Assembly (NCBI GenBank): GCA_963836075.1
Contig: CAWIIB010000009.1
Location: 448,001 to 512,000 of the forward strand
DNA length: 64,000 nt
Source: an uncultured Acidobacteriota bacterium
Lineage (GTDB): Bacteria > Acidobacteriota > JAQAZP01
Reading direction: 5' to 3'
Within the stretch, counting starts at the first letter, position 1; each line of letters begins with the position of its first letter. The position numbers and the translations under genes were made by a program. Positions 40,001-52,238 of the stretch are shown one piece after another. The notes below the pieces were generated by a model. That model ran no database searches, was not told the DNA's origin, and worked only from the letters and a program-made list of their open reading frames with translations.

Positions 40001-40235
40001 GCTGAAAGTGCGCGGGGAATTCATGGAGCTCGACCCGGTCATCCCCGGATGGTGGGATGGCTTTCAGATCAGCTTCCGCCATGGTGATGCGATTTATGAA
40101 ATCCAGGTCGAGAACACGGAACACCGCGGGCAGGGCGTCGCCTCGGTGGAACTGGATGGCCAACGTGTCCCCAATGGCGTGATCCCGCTGCAACGCGAGC
40201 TGGTCAAGCACAGAGTCCTCGTCCGCATGGGGTAA
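31054..40235 (+). CDS. ndvB: Giant cyclic beta-1,2-glucan synthase/phosphorylase-like protein (Cgs/NdvB: GT84, glucoamylase-like and GH94 domains), split by about 8 frameshifts
   Basis: Collinear motifs across frames: EWLLDN.Y, GELWA.P..LR, MDFATRDRYR, GWERKRGKL, VITLDSDT, LLSHDLIEG, RWIRGDWQ, RTSPTNIG, YDLLASEARL, WGISE, YMAHHQGM, FYQSGGAFGFRDQLQD, GDWNDGMN, RENGGQYTH, GWSWYTGSA. Confidence 0.92.
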
Positions 40236-40304
40236 CCGGTTGGTCCTGGCCAGGAAAATAAAGGACAGGTTCGCAACAGGTAACACCCGGGGAGCCAGCA
40301 TACG

Positions 40305-40341
40305 AAAAGCAGAATCTCTCGCACGGCAGGTTCTGCTTTTT
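40305..40341 (+). terminator. Rho-independent terminator after the glucan synthase gene
   Basis: AAAAGCAGAATCT-loop-AGGTTCTGCTTTTT hairpin with T tail. Confidence 0.7.
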
Positions 40342-40577
40342 GTGATTCATGTTCCGGAAGAGAGATGGACCCTAAAACCCGGACAGTGTGCTAAGGTAAC
40401 TCCAGACCCTTGAACGGAGGGAATGGAGCGATGATCAGGTGATCAGTGACCAGGAGCTTGATGAGGCCCGGTCTTATCTTCTCGGCCCTGACGCCTGATT
40501 TGAAGGCTCGGCCCCTCGGCAGGGGATTATTATCCACCAGTCACCGCTCGGCAGCGGTCATAGTGCGAGGCAGATCA

Positions 40578-42206
40578 ATGGACCAGGCAAGGAAGCTGAT
40601 CAAGGATTCGGCGGCAATGCGTTGGCTGGTGATGCTGATGCTCAGCGGCATCACATTCGGGACCTACTGGTTCCAGGATTTCTATTCCGGCCTGAAGCCA
40701 CTGATGGAGAGCCAGCTGGGAATCACCTCTTCGCAGTTCGGGATGCTGATCAGCATGACCACCATCGCCAACGTGTTCGGGATGATCATCGTCGGGGGGA
40801 TCATTCTCGACCGCTGGGGCATTCGGGTCACCGGGATCGTCTTCGGCGCCACAGCGGCCTTCGGCGGCCTGCTCAACGCCCTGGGCGCCGGCAGCCTGAT
40901 CACCGATAACCCGGATACCCGCCTGATGATCATGATCATTGGCCGGGTCTTCTTCGGCATCGGCCTGGAAGTGGCCTGCGTGGTGGTGCTGCGAACGCTG
41001 GTCAAGTGGTTCAGGGGCTATGAGCTGGCCCTGGCCATGGCGCTCAATGTGGGCTTCGGCCGGCTGGGCTCCACAATCGGCACGGCCCTCTCACCGGACA
41101 TCGCCAACAACAACGTGTCCACCGCGGTGAGCTTCGCCGCCACCCTGATCGGTCTCGGCCTGCTGTTGTTTATCGTTTATACATTCTTCGATATCAAGCT
41201 GGACCGCCAGATGGGCGCGGACGCGGAATCGGGCGAGGACGAAAAATTCCGCATGGAGGACCTGGTCAAACTGATCACCAACCGGTCCTTCATCCTCATC
41301 GCCCTGCTCTGTGTGGCTTTTTACTCCGCGGTGTTCCCCTTCATGCAGTACGCCCCGGACCTCCTGGTGAACAAGTTCGGTTTCTCCCTGAACCTGCCGC
41401 CGGAGGGCCAGTTCGAGGTGCTGGGCAATGCGGCGCTGGGCAACGCGATGATCTTCGTCGTCTTCTTCCTCTTCGCCTTCGCCATCACCCTGGTGCCGAA
41501 GTATATCGAGAACAAGATGGGCAAGCTCGCCTCCCTGGTGGGCATCATCGCATTGTTCGCGATCTTCCTCTTCGCCCTGCGCGATGTCCTCGCTCTCTGG
41601 ATGGTGAACGGTCCCAAGGTCGCTTCCCTGCTTCCACTGGGCACCATCCTTTTCACTCCGATCTTTGGCACCATCGTGGATACCAAGGGCAAGGGCGCCT
41701 CGCTGATGCTGCTGGGCTCGTCACTGGTCATTGTCGCCCACCTGTTCCTCTCCGTGTTCCAGAGTGTGGTGTTGGGTTATGTTGGCCTGCTGGCCCTGGG
41801 CATCGCCTTTTCCCTTGTGCCCGCCGCCATGTGGCCCTCGGTGGCCAAAATTGTGCCCGGCAACCGCCTGGGCACGGCCTATGCCGCCATGTTCACGGTC
41901 CAGAACTGGGGGTTGTTGGCCTTTTTCTGGGGCATCGGCAAAGTGCTGGACCTGGCCAACCAGCCGGTGGTGGCGAAGATCAAGGAAATCCGGGCCGGGC
42001 TGGAAGCCCAGGGGCTCGACGAGTTCGCGATCACCGACCGGATGCAGGAGTTGAAGGCCCTGGGCGAGTTCCCGATCTACAACTACACGGTGCCCATTGC
42101 CATGCTGGCAGGCCTGGGAATGATCTCCATCATCCTGGCTTTTCTCCTGATCCAGGAGGACAAGAAGTCCAACTACGGGCTGAACCTGCCGTCCAACAGC
42201 GAATAA
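40578..42206 (+). CDS. MFS transporter (MFSD1-like) with an extra TM hairpin insertion
   Basis: GGIILDRWGIR motif A, GR..FG.G.E, KWF.G.ELALA, FY.AVFPF, SLVPAAMWPSV.K.V....LGTAY. Confidence 0.9.
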   Translation: MDQARKLIKDSAAMRWLVMLMLSGITFGTYWFQDFYSGLKPLMESQLGITSSQFGMLISMTTIANVFGMIIVGGIILDRWGIRVTGIVFGATAAFGGLLNALGAGSLITDNPDTRLMIMIIGRVFFGIGLEVACVVVLRTLVKWFRGYELALAMALNVGFGRLGSTIGTALSPDIANNNVSTAVSFAATLIGLGLLLFIVYTFFDIKLDRQMGADAESGEDEKFRMEDLVKLITNRSFILIALLCVAFYSAVFPFMQYAPDLLVNKFGFSLNLPPEGQFEVLGNAALGNAMIFVVFFLFAFAITLVPKYIENKMGKLASLVGIIALFAIFLFALRDVLALWMVNGPKVASLLPLGTILFTPIFGTIVDTKGKGASLMLLGSSLVIVAHLFLSVFQSVVLGYVGLLALGIAFSLVPAAMWPSVAKIVPGNRLGTAYAAMFTVQNWGLLAFFWGIGKVLDLANQPVVAKIKEIRAGLEAQGLDEFAITDRMQELKALGEFPIYNYTVPIAMLAGLGMISIILAFLLIQEDKKSNYGLNLPSNSE

Positions 42207-42246
42207 AGGCCGGGAGGAAAACGAACCACTCTGAATGACTGAGGCG

Positions 42247-42381
42247 CCACGTCGATCCTCAGCATCGGTCTCCCTCCGGTTCAGGCGGACGGTGGGTTGA
42301 AGCGAAGAGGCGAAATGAATCGTCTGAAAATCGAACTATCGTTATGATAAAAATATAGTTGCCGGTCAAGTCCATGGCAGG
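42247..42381 (-). pseudogene. Decayed copy of the hydantoinase A promoter, RBS and first codons
   Basis: Exact 24-mer TCTCCCTCCGGTTCAGGCGGACGG at 42269 and 15194; gapless collinear similarity over ~110 bp at offset 27075. Confidence 0.85.
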
Positions 42382-42674
42382 AAGAGGTGCCGATGGCCGA
42401 AATGGGGGAGGAGGCGGTCTTCGGAAAGGCAAAAAAGTTCTACTAGTGAGAACCGAAATGCCTTCACTGATTGAGTGCTTCTTACCTGTTCAGCCCTGGG
42501 CCTCAATGGTCCTAATGCGAATACCTCAAGTAATTTAGTGCGCTATCCACCCGCAAGGCGCAGCGGCGAAACCCGGTACGAATATTGCTTAGACCTTATA
42601 GGTGGAAACGAACTGAAGACGGCTTTTGCAAATAAAGTAAGCAGAATTGAAGCCGAAACCGAGGTGTAGAGAGA

Positions 42675-42965
42675 ATGAAATCGATTCTGATAGTTTTATG
42701 TTGCGTAATGTTGATTTTAGGATTGGGTGTCCTGGCCCAGGCGGATGACGTGGTTGTGAACGGTCAGGGCAGTGGCCACGGCGGCGGTCACGGCGGCGGT
42801 CACGACGGCGGTCACGGCGGCGGCCACGGCGGCGGCCACGGCGGCGGCCACGGCGGCGGTCACGGCGGTAATGCGACTCCTGTTCCGGAACCCGCGACCA
42901 TGTTCACGCTTGGTCTCGGCGCCGCCGGCCTTTACGGTTTAAAAAGAAAATTCAAAAAGGACTAA
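42675..42965 (+). CDS. Minimal PEP-CTERM protein with a Gly/His tandem repeat
   Basis: Signal peptide (..VLAQA), eight His in (GGGH)-type repeats, VPEPATM motif, TM helix and basic tail KRKFKK. Confidence 0.92.
   Translation: MKSILIVLCCVMLILGLGVLAQADDVVVNGQGSGHGGGHGGGHDGGHGGGHGGGHGGGHGGGHGGNATPVPEPATMFTLGLGAAGLYGLKRKFKKD
42774..42869 (+). repeat. 12-bp coding tandem repeat (GGYCACGGCGGC) x8
   Basis: Read directly; one unit has GAC in place of GGC. Confidence 0.95.
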
Positions 42966-43021
42966 GCTTCTTTTCTCAAAAACTACGTCGCGAACAGGCG
43001 GAGATGCCCGTGGCGGCAAGG

Positions 43022-43066
43022 AGGCCCGGTGAAGACGTATTGATATACGTCGAGCCGGGTCTTTTT
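43022..43066 (+). terminator. Hairpin with T-tract after the PEP-CTERM gene
   Basis: GGCCCGG..GACGTAT/ATACGTC..CCGGGTC-TTTTT. Confidence 0.55.
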
Positions 43067-43192
43067 CGTGTTGCGAGAGTTGCCTGCAATTAGAACAACC
43101 TTGCTTAGAACTGCTTGAACAGGGTGACGGCTGTCATTTTATCCCCGCTGTTTTCCTATTGAACTCCATACCCCAAACCCCCAAAAAAACTC

Positions 43193-43248
43193 TTGACATC
43201 AGAATGCAAGGCGGCTATCTTCTAGGGCGCTATTAAGTAGGCACCTAC
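43193..43248 (+). promoter_or_regulatory. Sigma70 promoter and putative MarR operator
   Basis: TTGACA-17 bp-TATCTT (43193-43221); palindrome GTAGG-CA-CCTAC (43237-43248) with a weaker TAGG-GC-GCTA copy 15 bp upstream. Confidence 0.7.
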
Positions 43249-43258
43249 AGACATTGAG

Positions 43259-43792
43259 GTGGTGGCCATGACCGAGCCGGAACGGGAATTCTTCGAGGAC
43301 TACAAGAAGCTCTTCCCCGATATGGACATGGAGATGATCAGCGTGTTCGCCCGGACCATGCTGATCTTTCACCATCTTCCAATCCTGATGGAGGGGTATT
43401 TCAAGAAGATGGGTCTGACCAGGGGCCGCTTCATGGTCCTGGTCCAGCTCTACCGCGTCCAGAAAGAAGGGCTGTCCATCTCCGAGATCTGCAATTTCCA
43501 CAAGGTCCGTTCGGCAACCATGACCGGGATCATCGATACCCTGGAACGGGAGGGGCAGATCGAGCGGGTGCCGGACCCTTCCGACCGGCGGAAGGTGATC
43601 GTGCGGATCACCAGGGCCGGCCGGGAACTGATGGAAGGTTTTCTGCCGAAGCACCAGGAGAACGTCGGTCTGATGCTTTCCAGGCTCACCATGAAGGAAC
43701 GCCGGACCCTGCTGGACCTGCTGGAGAAACTGCACCAGGGTATTTACAGTTTCGTCGATGACGACCACGCGGAAACGGAAGGCGAAGAATGA
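43259..43792 (+). CDS. MarR-family transcriptional regulator
   Basis: GLT.GRF.VL..L, AT.TG.ID.LE..G.I.R...P.DRR...V.IT.AG winged-helix signature. Confidence 0.93.
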   Translation: MVAMTEPEREFFEDYKKLFPDMDMEMISVFARTMLIFHHLPILMEGYFKKMGLTRGRFMVLVQLYRVQKEGLSISEICNFHKVRSATMTGIIDTLEREGQIERVPDPSDRRKVIVRITRAGRELMEGFLPKHQENVGLMLSRLTMKERRTLLDLLEKLHQGIYSFVDDDHAETEGEE

Positions 43793-45234
43793 TGACCATC
43801 TTCATACACCAGAGGGCGCTTGGCGGGTTGCTGATCCTGCTGATCCTGCTCTTCCCCGCCTGTACCGTGCACAAGACGATGACCGAGGTGCAGCCGCCGG
43901 AAGAGCTGCCCGAGGCCTTCTCCGAGGGTGAGACGCTCCCTCCCACCGACCGCTGGTGGGAGGCCTTCGGGGACCAGGACCTGGACCGGCTGGTGGAGGA
44001 GGCCCTGGCGGACAACCTGACCCTGAACATGGCCTGGGCCCGTCTGGACCAGGCACGGCAGTTGACCATCATCGCCGGCGCCGGCCGCTACCCCGGTCTC
44101 GACTTCGGGTTTGGAGCCCAGCGCCAGCATTACGGCGGCGGGCTGCCCGCCACCGTGCCGCCCAGCATCCCCGAGACCCTGGACACCTTCTCCGCCACCC
44201 TGGCCCTCAGCTACCAGGTGGACCTGTGGAAGAAGATCTCCAACTTTCGCAAGGCCGCCGTCCTCGACTTCGAGGCCAGCCGGGGTGATCTGGAGGCCAC
44301 GGCGCTCACCGTGGCTTCCGGAGTGGCCGAGATCTGGGCTTCCCTTGCCGCACAGCAGGCGGGTCTGGAGCTGCTCGAGGAGCAGCTAAAGGTGGGCGAG
44401 AGTTTCCTCAAACTGGTGGAAGCCCGCTTTGGCGGCGGCCTCTCCTCGGCGGTGGAGGTCTACCAGCAGCGGCTGCAGGTGGAGGGCACCCGGGGGACGG
44501 TCCCCGAAGTGCGGATGCAGCTCCAGCTGCTGCGGCACCAGCTGGCTCTGCTCCTCGGCCGGCAGCCAACGGCCGATCTGCCGCTCCCCGGAGGCGAACT
44601 CCCGCTGCTTGTCGACCTGCCGCCCACCGGGATCCCGGCCGAAGTGCTGCGCAACCGGCCCGATGTGCGGGCCGCCGAGCTGCGGCTCTTTGCCGCCGAC
44701 CACCGGGTGGCGGTGGCGGTGGCCGACCGCTTCCCCACGATCAGCATCAGCGCCACCCTCGGCGGCCAGGCCAACGAGTTCAACGAGGTGCTGGACAAGT
44801 GGTTCACCAACCTGGCCGGCAACCTGCTGGGCCCGGTGTTCGATGCCGGGCGCCGCAAGGCCGAGGCGGAGCGGAACCGGGCGGTGGTCCGCGAACGCTG
44901 GTACCAGTGGCAGGCGGCGCTGCTCACCGCCTTTGCGGAGGTGGAGGACGCGCTGGTGCGGGAGCAGGGGCTGCTGGAGACCCACCGCACCACGGTGCGG
45001 CAGGTGGAACTGGCCCAGTTGTCCCTCGACCGCTCACGGGCGCTCTACGCCGGCGGCCTCACCGACTACCTCACCGTGCTGACCAGCCTGCAGGCGCTGC
45101 AGAACCTGCAGCGGGCCGAGATCGGCACCCGGAAATCAATCATCAGCAACCGGATCAGGCTGCACCTCGCCCTGGGCGGCGCCTGGCCGGCTGAGCTTAC
45201 GGAACCCGAACACGACAACACGGTCACCGGTTGA
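43789..45234 (+). CDS. Outer membrane efflux lipoprotein (NodT/TolC family)
   Basis: Lipobox FPA-C; WW..FGD..L..LV..AL..N, Y.VDLW, P...L..RPDV.AAE, F.EVEDAL, L..ALGG.W. Confidence 0.93.
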   Translation: MMTIFIHQRALGGLLILLILLFPACTVHKTMTEVQPPEELPEAFSEGETLPPTDRWWEAFGDQDLDRLVEEALADNLTLNMAWARLDQARQLTIIAGAGRYPGLDFGFGAQRQHYGGGLPATVPPSIPETLDTFSATLALSYQVDLWKKISNFRKAAVLDFEASRGDLEATALTVASGVAEIWASLAAQQAGLELLEEQLKVGESFLKLVEARFGGGLSSAVEVYQQRLQVEGTRGTVPEVRMQLQLLRHQLALLLGRQPTADLPLPGGELPLLVDLPPTGIPAEVLRNRPDVRAAELRLFAADHRVAVAVADRFPTISISATLGGQANEFNEVLDKWFTNLAGNLLGPVFDAGRRKAEAERNRAVVRERWYQWQAALLTAFAEVEDALVREQGLLETHRTTVRQVELAQLSLDRSRALYAGGLTDYLTVLTSLQALQNLQRAEIGTRKSIISNRIRLHLALGGAWPAELTEPEHDNTVTG

Positions 45235-45250
45235 CGCGGAGGAACGATCA

Positions 45251-46466
45251 ATGAATTCCGTTCTGGTACGAGCCATCATCGCCCTCGCCATCCTGGCCAT
45301 CGGACTGGGGGCCACGGCCTGGATGATGAAGCACAAGATCACCCCCGAACGCACACCGGCGGAGGAGGAGGTGGTGCCGGTGGCGGTGAGTGAACTTCAG
45401 CACTCGACGGAAGTGGTGAAGGTCAACGCCCAGGGCACGGTGACCCCGGCCAGACAGATCGAGATGCGGTCCGAGGTCAGCGGCCGCATCGTGGAGATGA
45501 GCAGCAAGCTGATCCCCGGCGGCTACTTCCCCAGGGGGGCGATGATGGCCCGCATCGACTCCCGGGACTACGAGGCCCGGGTGGCGGCCTCGAAGGACAT
45601 GGTGGCCCAGGCCACACTGCGGCTGGAGCAGGAGAAGGCCCGGCAGTCGGTGGCCCGCCAGGAGTGGGAACTGCTGGAGAGCACGATCCCCGCGGACCAG
45701 GCCAACCGGGACCTGGCCCTGCGCATCCCCCAGATCCGGAGCGCCGAAGCTGCCCTGGCCGCCGCCGAGAGCGGTCTGGCCAAGGCCGAACTGGACCTCG
45801 AGCGCTGCACCCTCACCGCTCCGTTCAACGCGCAGGTGATCCGCGAAAACGTCGACCTGGGACAGGTGGTCAACCCGCAAGCCGAGGTGGCCACCCTGGC
45901 CGGCACCGACCAGTACCTGGGTCCAGGTATCGGTCCCGGTGGAATACCTCTCCTGGATCGACATCCCGGCGGCGGGCGGCAAAGGCTCGCCGGCCACCAT
46001 CCTGCAAAAGACCGGTGCCGGCAACATTACCCGTGAAGGGCGCATCATCCGCCTGCTGGGCGACCTCGACCCGGCCGGCCGGCTGGCCCGGCTGCTGGTC
46101 TCCATCGACGACCCGCTCAACCGGCGCAACGACAGCAGCCAGCTGCCGCTGCTGCTCAACTCCTACGTTACGGTGGAGATCACCGGCAAGACCATGGAGC
46201 AGGTGCTGGTGATCCCGCGCAGCGCCATCCGCGACCTGGACGGCGCGGCCACGGTGGACGGCCGGAACCGCGAGGGAATCTGGCTGATGGACAGTGACGA
46301 CCGGCTGAGGATCGAACCGGTGGAGGTGGCCTGGCGCACGCGGGACTCGGTCTTCATCGCCAACGGGCTTCCCGACGGAGCTCGCCTGGTGATCAGCAGC
46401 ATCCCCACCCCGGTCCAGGGGATGAAACTCTCCACCAAGCCGGACAACGGCGCATCCGGCAGCTGA
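45251..46466 (+). CDS. RND periplasmic adaptor (membrane fusion protein); one frameshift near 45920
   Basis: G.V.P......EVSG.I, G.....ID..DY, L.R..L.APF, then IP..A...GL..G...V in the second frame. Confidence 0.88.
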
Positions 46467-46487
46467 TCGGCAGACGCGGAGGATCCG

Positions 46488-49654
<3,167 letters not shown>

Positions 49655-49661
49655 CTCCTCC

Positions 49662-49704
49662 TGTCATTGCGAGCCCCCGACCCTCGGGGTCCGCGGGAAG
49701 TCAG
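49662..49704. repeat. GTCATTGCGAG-type REP-like element (partial)
   Basis: Near-identical to 60806-60847; lies between convergent genes. Confidence 0.8.
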
Positions 49705-49732
49705 CAATGGGAATGTGGAAAGTAGGGACGGG

Positions 49733-50605
49733 TTACGGGCTGCGCAATTTTTCAAAGAGGTCCCGCAGCTTCTCGATGGTCCGGGGGGCGGACCCTTCGT
49801 AGTGGTTGTTGACGTTGACAAAGACCTGGGTCCCGCCGGCAGCCAGCTCGTCGGCCAGCCGGCTGACATCGCCCAGCTCGGTGTCCCGCGGTTCCACGAC
49901 CTGGTCCCACTTCTTGCCGGTGCGCTTCTCGATCTCCTTGCGGTCTCCGCCGTGAAGCCTGATGATCACCATCTTCTGGGCCGCCAGCTCCTTCTTGAAC
50001 TTCGTGTAGAGCTCGATGATCGAGGGCATCCAGTAGCCCTGAAGCAGCACCGGGCAGGCGTCGTGGTCGCGCAGGAAGTCGAACCACGACGCATCGACAT
50101 AGCGCGCGTTGCGCAGCTCCACGGCGATCTCCGGGCCGGCCGGTATGGCCTTGAGGAACCCGCTCAGCTGCTCGAGGAACTGCGGCCGGCCCTTCATCTT
50201 CTGCTTGTTCAGATACTCGAACTGCAGGATCAGCGGTCCGAGCACGTCGTGGATGCCGGAGAGGCTGCCGAGAAAGCTCTCCCAGAGGTCCACGGAGAGG
50301 AAGTGCGGGTTCGGTTCCAGCGGGTCGCTCTTTTTCGACTTGTAGTGGTGGGTCAGGGAGAGGCTGTTGGGCACCTTGACCGTGAAGCGGAAATCGTCGC
50401 CCACCGCCTGACGATACTCGGCCACCACCGATTCGTCGGGCAGCTTGACCTTGTCCCCGGCGAAAAGGGACCAGAACCACTGGTCCACCTCCACCGAGTC
50501 GTAGGTGCAGGCATACTCCTCGAGGTAGTTGATCCCCTTGGGCGCCGAGTAGACCAGGCCGCTCCACGAGGGGTATTTCCAGCTGCAGGTGCCGATGCGA
50601 ATCAT
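49733..50605 (-). CDS. DUF72 (YecE-like) protein
   Basis: IRIGT.SW.Y..W, VE.D..F, F.F.VK, LGP..LQF, AVE.R, RLHG, NN.YEG.AP. Confidence 0.93.
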   Translation of the reverse strand: MIRIGTCSWKYPSWSGLVYSAPKGINYLEEYACTYDSVEVDQWFWSLFAGDKVKLPDESVVAEYRQAVGDDFRFTVKVPNSLSLTHHYKSKKSDPLEPNPHFLSVDLWESFLGSLSGIHDVLGPLILQFEYLNKQKMKGRPQFLEQLSGFLKAIPAGPEIAVELRNARYVDASWFDFLRDHDACPVLLQGYWMPSIIELYTKFKKELAAQKMVIIRLHGGDRKEIEKRTGKKWDQVVEPRDTELGDVSRLADELAAGGTQVFVNVNNHYEGSAPRTIEKLRDLFEKLRSP

Positions 50606-50651
50606 GGTCTTACTCGTTGTCTGTCCCCGTCGTCCAACTGATCCTCTCCAA

Positions 50652-51242
50652 TCAGGCTTGCTTCAGTGCTGCAACCTGGACCACCGCGGCCATCCCGTCG
50701 TGATAGGGGCCGTTGTTACTCTCCCGGTCGATCTCCCGTCCCACCTCGAAGAGCAATCCTGGCAGCTCTTCCCGCAACCCGGCAAGGCTCATCATCATGT
50801 CCGCCCTTTTGGGCCCGCCGGTGGCATAGCCCAACTGCCGCTCGGTGAACGCCTCCAGCACAAAGGCACCGCCCCTGGCCAGGCCGGCAGCACAGCGCCG
50901 GTGGACGTCGGCCCGCACTCCGGGCTCCATGTGGCAGAAGATGGAGACGATGCCGTCCCAGGCCCCCGGCTCGATCTCGAACCCGGCCAGGTCGCAGAGG
51001 ATGGTGCTGATCTTCACGCCCCGTTCGTCAGCCAGGGCCCGCGCCTTCTCCAGACCCACCGCCGATGCGTCCACCGCCGTGACCTGGTGCCCCAGTCCGG
51101 CCAGGTAGACGGCGTTTCTCCCCTCGCCCTCACCGATGCAGAGCACCCGGCCCAGGGGGATCCTGCCGGCCACCGCAACGAGAAACTGGTTCGGGTCTTT
51201 GCCGTAGGCATACCCGGGTTCGGAAAACCGCTCGTCCCACAT
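50652..51242 (-). CDS. Class I SAM-dependent methyltransferase
   Basis: MWDERF....YAYG..PN.FL, VLC.GEGEGRNAVYLA, VD.S.VGL.KA, IFCH, GGP. Confidence 0.92.
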   Translation of the reverse strand: MWDERFSEPGYAYGKDPNQFLVAVAGRIPLGRVLCIGEGEGRNAVYLAGLGHQVTAVDASAVGLEKARALADERGVKISTILCDLAGFEIEPGAWDGIVSIFCHMEPGVRADVHRRCAAGLARGGAFVLEAFTERQLGYATGGPKRADMMMSLAGLREELPGLLFEVGREIDRESNNGPYHDGMAAVVQVAALKQA

Positions 51243-51284
51243 ATTACCGTTCACGTACTTCTCCCGCGATTTTCCGCCCTGGTT

Positions 51285-51430
51285 TTGAGGTATCGCTGCC
51301 ACAGCATTCTAGCAGCTACCGACCGCCAGGGCCGCCACTTCCCGGCGCATGCCCGCTGCCGTTCAGCGGAGGGCAGGTCCTTCAGGCGCTTGAGCTTTTT
51401 GATGCCGGCGGCCCGGGCCAGGCTCCGTCT
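51285..51430 (-). pseudogene. C-terminal remnant of an AlkA-like DNA-3-methyladenine glycosylase
   Basis: LK.L...PS........WRPWRSVAARMLW..YL is the family's terminal motif; the rest of the gene is absent. Confidence 0.7.
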
Positions 51431-51460
51431 GTTCAGGGGCTTGATCATCACCGTCGCAGT

Positions 51461-52234
51461 TCAGGTACGCAGGTATGACGCACCGTTGACGTCGACGATG
51501 CAGCCGGTGAGGAACTCCGATCCCGGTGAGGCGAGGAAGAGCGCGGTGCGGGCCACCTCCTCGGGCCGGGCCACCCGGCCCAGCGGGCTCTCGTTGCGCA
51601 GAAAGTCGCCCCGCGGTCCCTCCAGGTCGGGCGCGGCCATCTCGGTTTCCACGAAACCCGGGGCCACGGTGAAGACGTGGATCCCCTGGCCGCCCAGGGC
51701 CCTGGCCAGCGACTGGCCCATGGCGTTCAGACCGGCCTTGCTCGCCCCGTAAGCCGGGCTGGCCGGTTCACCCCGGAAGGCGCCCCGGGAGGAGATGTTG
51801 ACGATCCGCCCGCCGCCCTGTTCCAGCATGTGCCGGGCCACGCAGTAGGTCAGGTTGGCCGGCCCCAGCAGATTGGTCTTCAGCACGCGGTCCCAGGACG
51901 CCTGCCACTCCTCGTAGGTGACATCGGCCAGCGGGTGCTCCTCGTAGACCCCGGCGTTGTTCACCAGGACGTGGATCCGGCCGGCCTTCTTCACCGCGAT
52001 GTCGGTCAGCTGGCGCACCGCATCGGGGTCCCTGAGATCGGCCTGGACGATGCGGTGGCTGCCGGGCTCCAGCGAGACCAGCGTCTCCTCCGCCGCCGCG
52101 CGATCACTGTGGTAGTGCACCAGGACGCAGGCGCCGTGGGCCGCAAAGAGCCGGGCCGCGGCGCGGCCGATGCCCCGGGAGGCCCCGGTGATCAGTGTGG
52201 TCTGGCCGGTGAGATCGATGGTGGGCCTGGTCAT
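51461..52234 (-). CDS. Short-chain dehydrogenase/reductase (FabG-like)
   Basis: TGASRGIG, LVNNAG, NISS, YGASK, VAPG.VET, GASY. Confidence 0.95.
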   Translation of the reverse strand: MTRPTIDLTGQTTLITGASRGIGRAAARLFAAHGACVLVHYHSDRAAAEETLVSLEPGSHRIVQADLRDPDAVRQLTDIAVKKAGRIHVLVNNAGVYEEHPLADVTYEEWQASWDRVLKTNLLGPANLTYCVARHMLEQGGGRIVNISSRGAFRGEPASPAYGASKAGLNAMGQSLARALGGQGIHVFTVAPGFVETEMAAPDLEGPRGDFLRNESPLGRVARPEEVARTALFLASPGSEFLTGCIVDVNGASYLRT

Positions 52235-52238
52235 CGTT

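Noticed and set aside
31054-40235. Programmed frameshifting or a multi-gene operon in cgs (likewise the RND gene)
   Set aside because: No shared slippery motif was seen, breaks fall inside conserved domains, and similar indels occur in unrelated genes.
42600-42640. Sigma54 promoter for the PEP-CTERM gene
   Set aside because: TTGCA is present but the -24 GG is replaced by AA.
42774-42869. Short repeats as a CRISPR array (also 29505-29562)
   Set aside because: A coding tandem repeat without spacers, and only two units in the other case; no cas genes.
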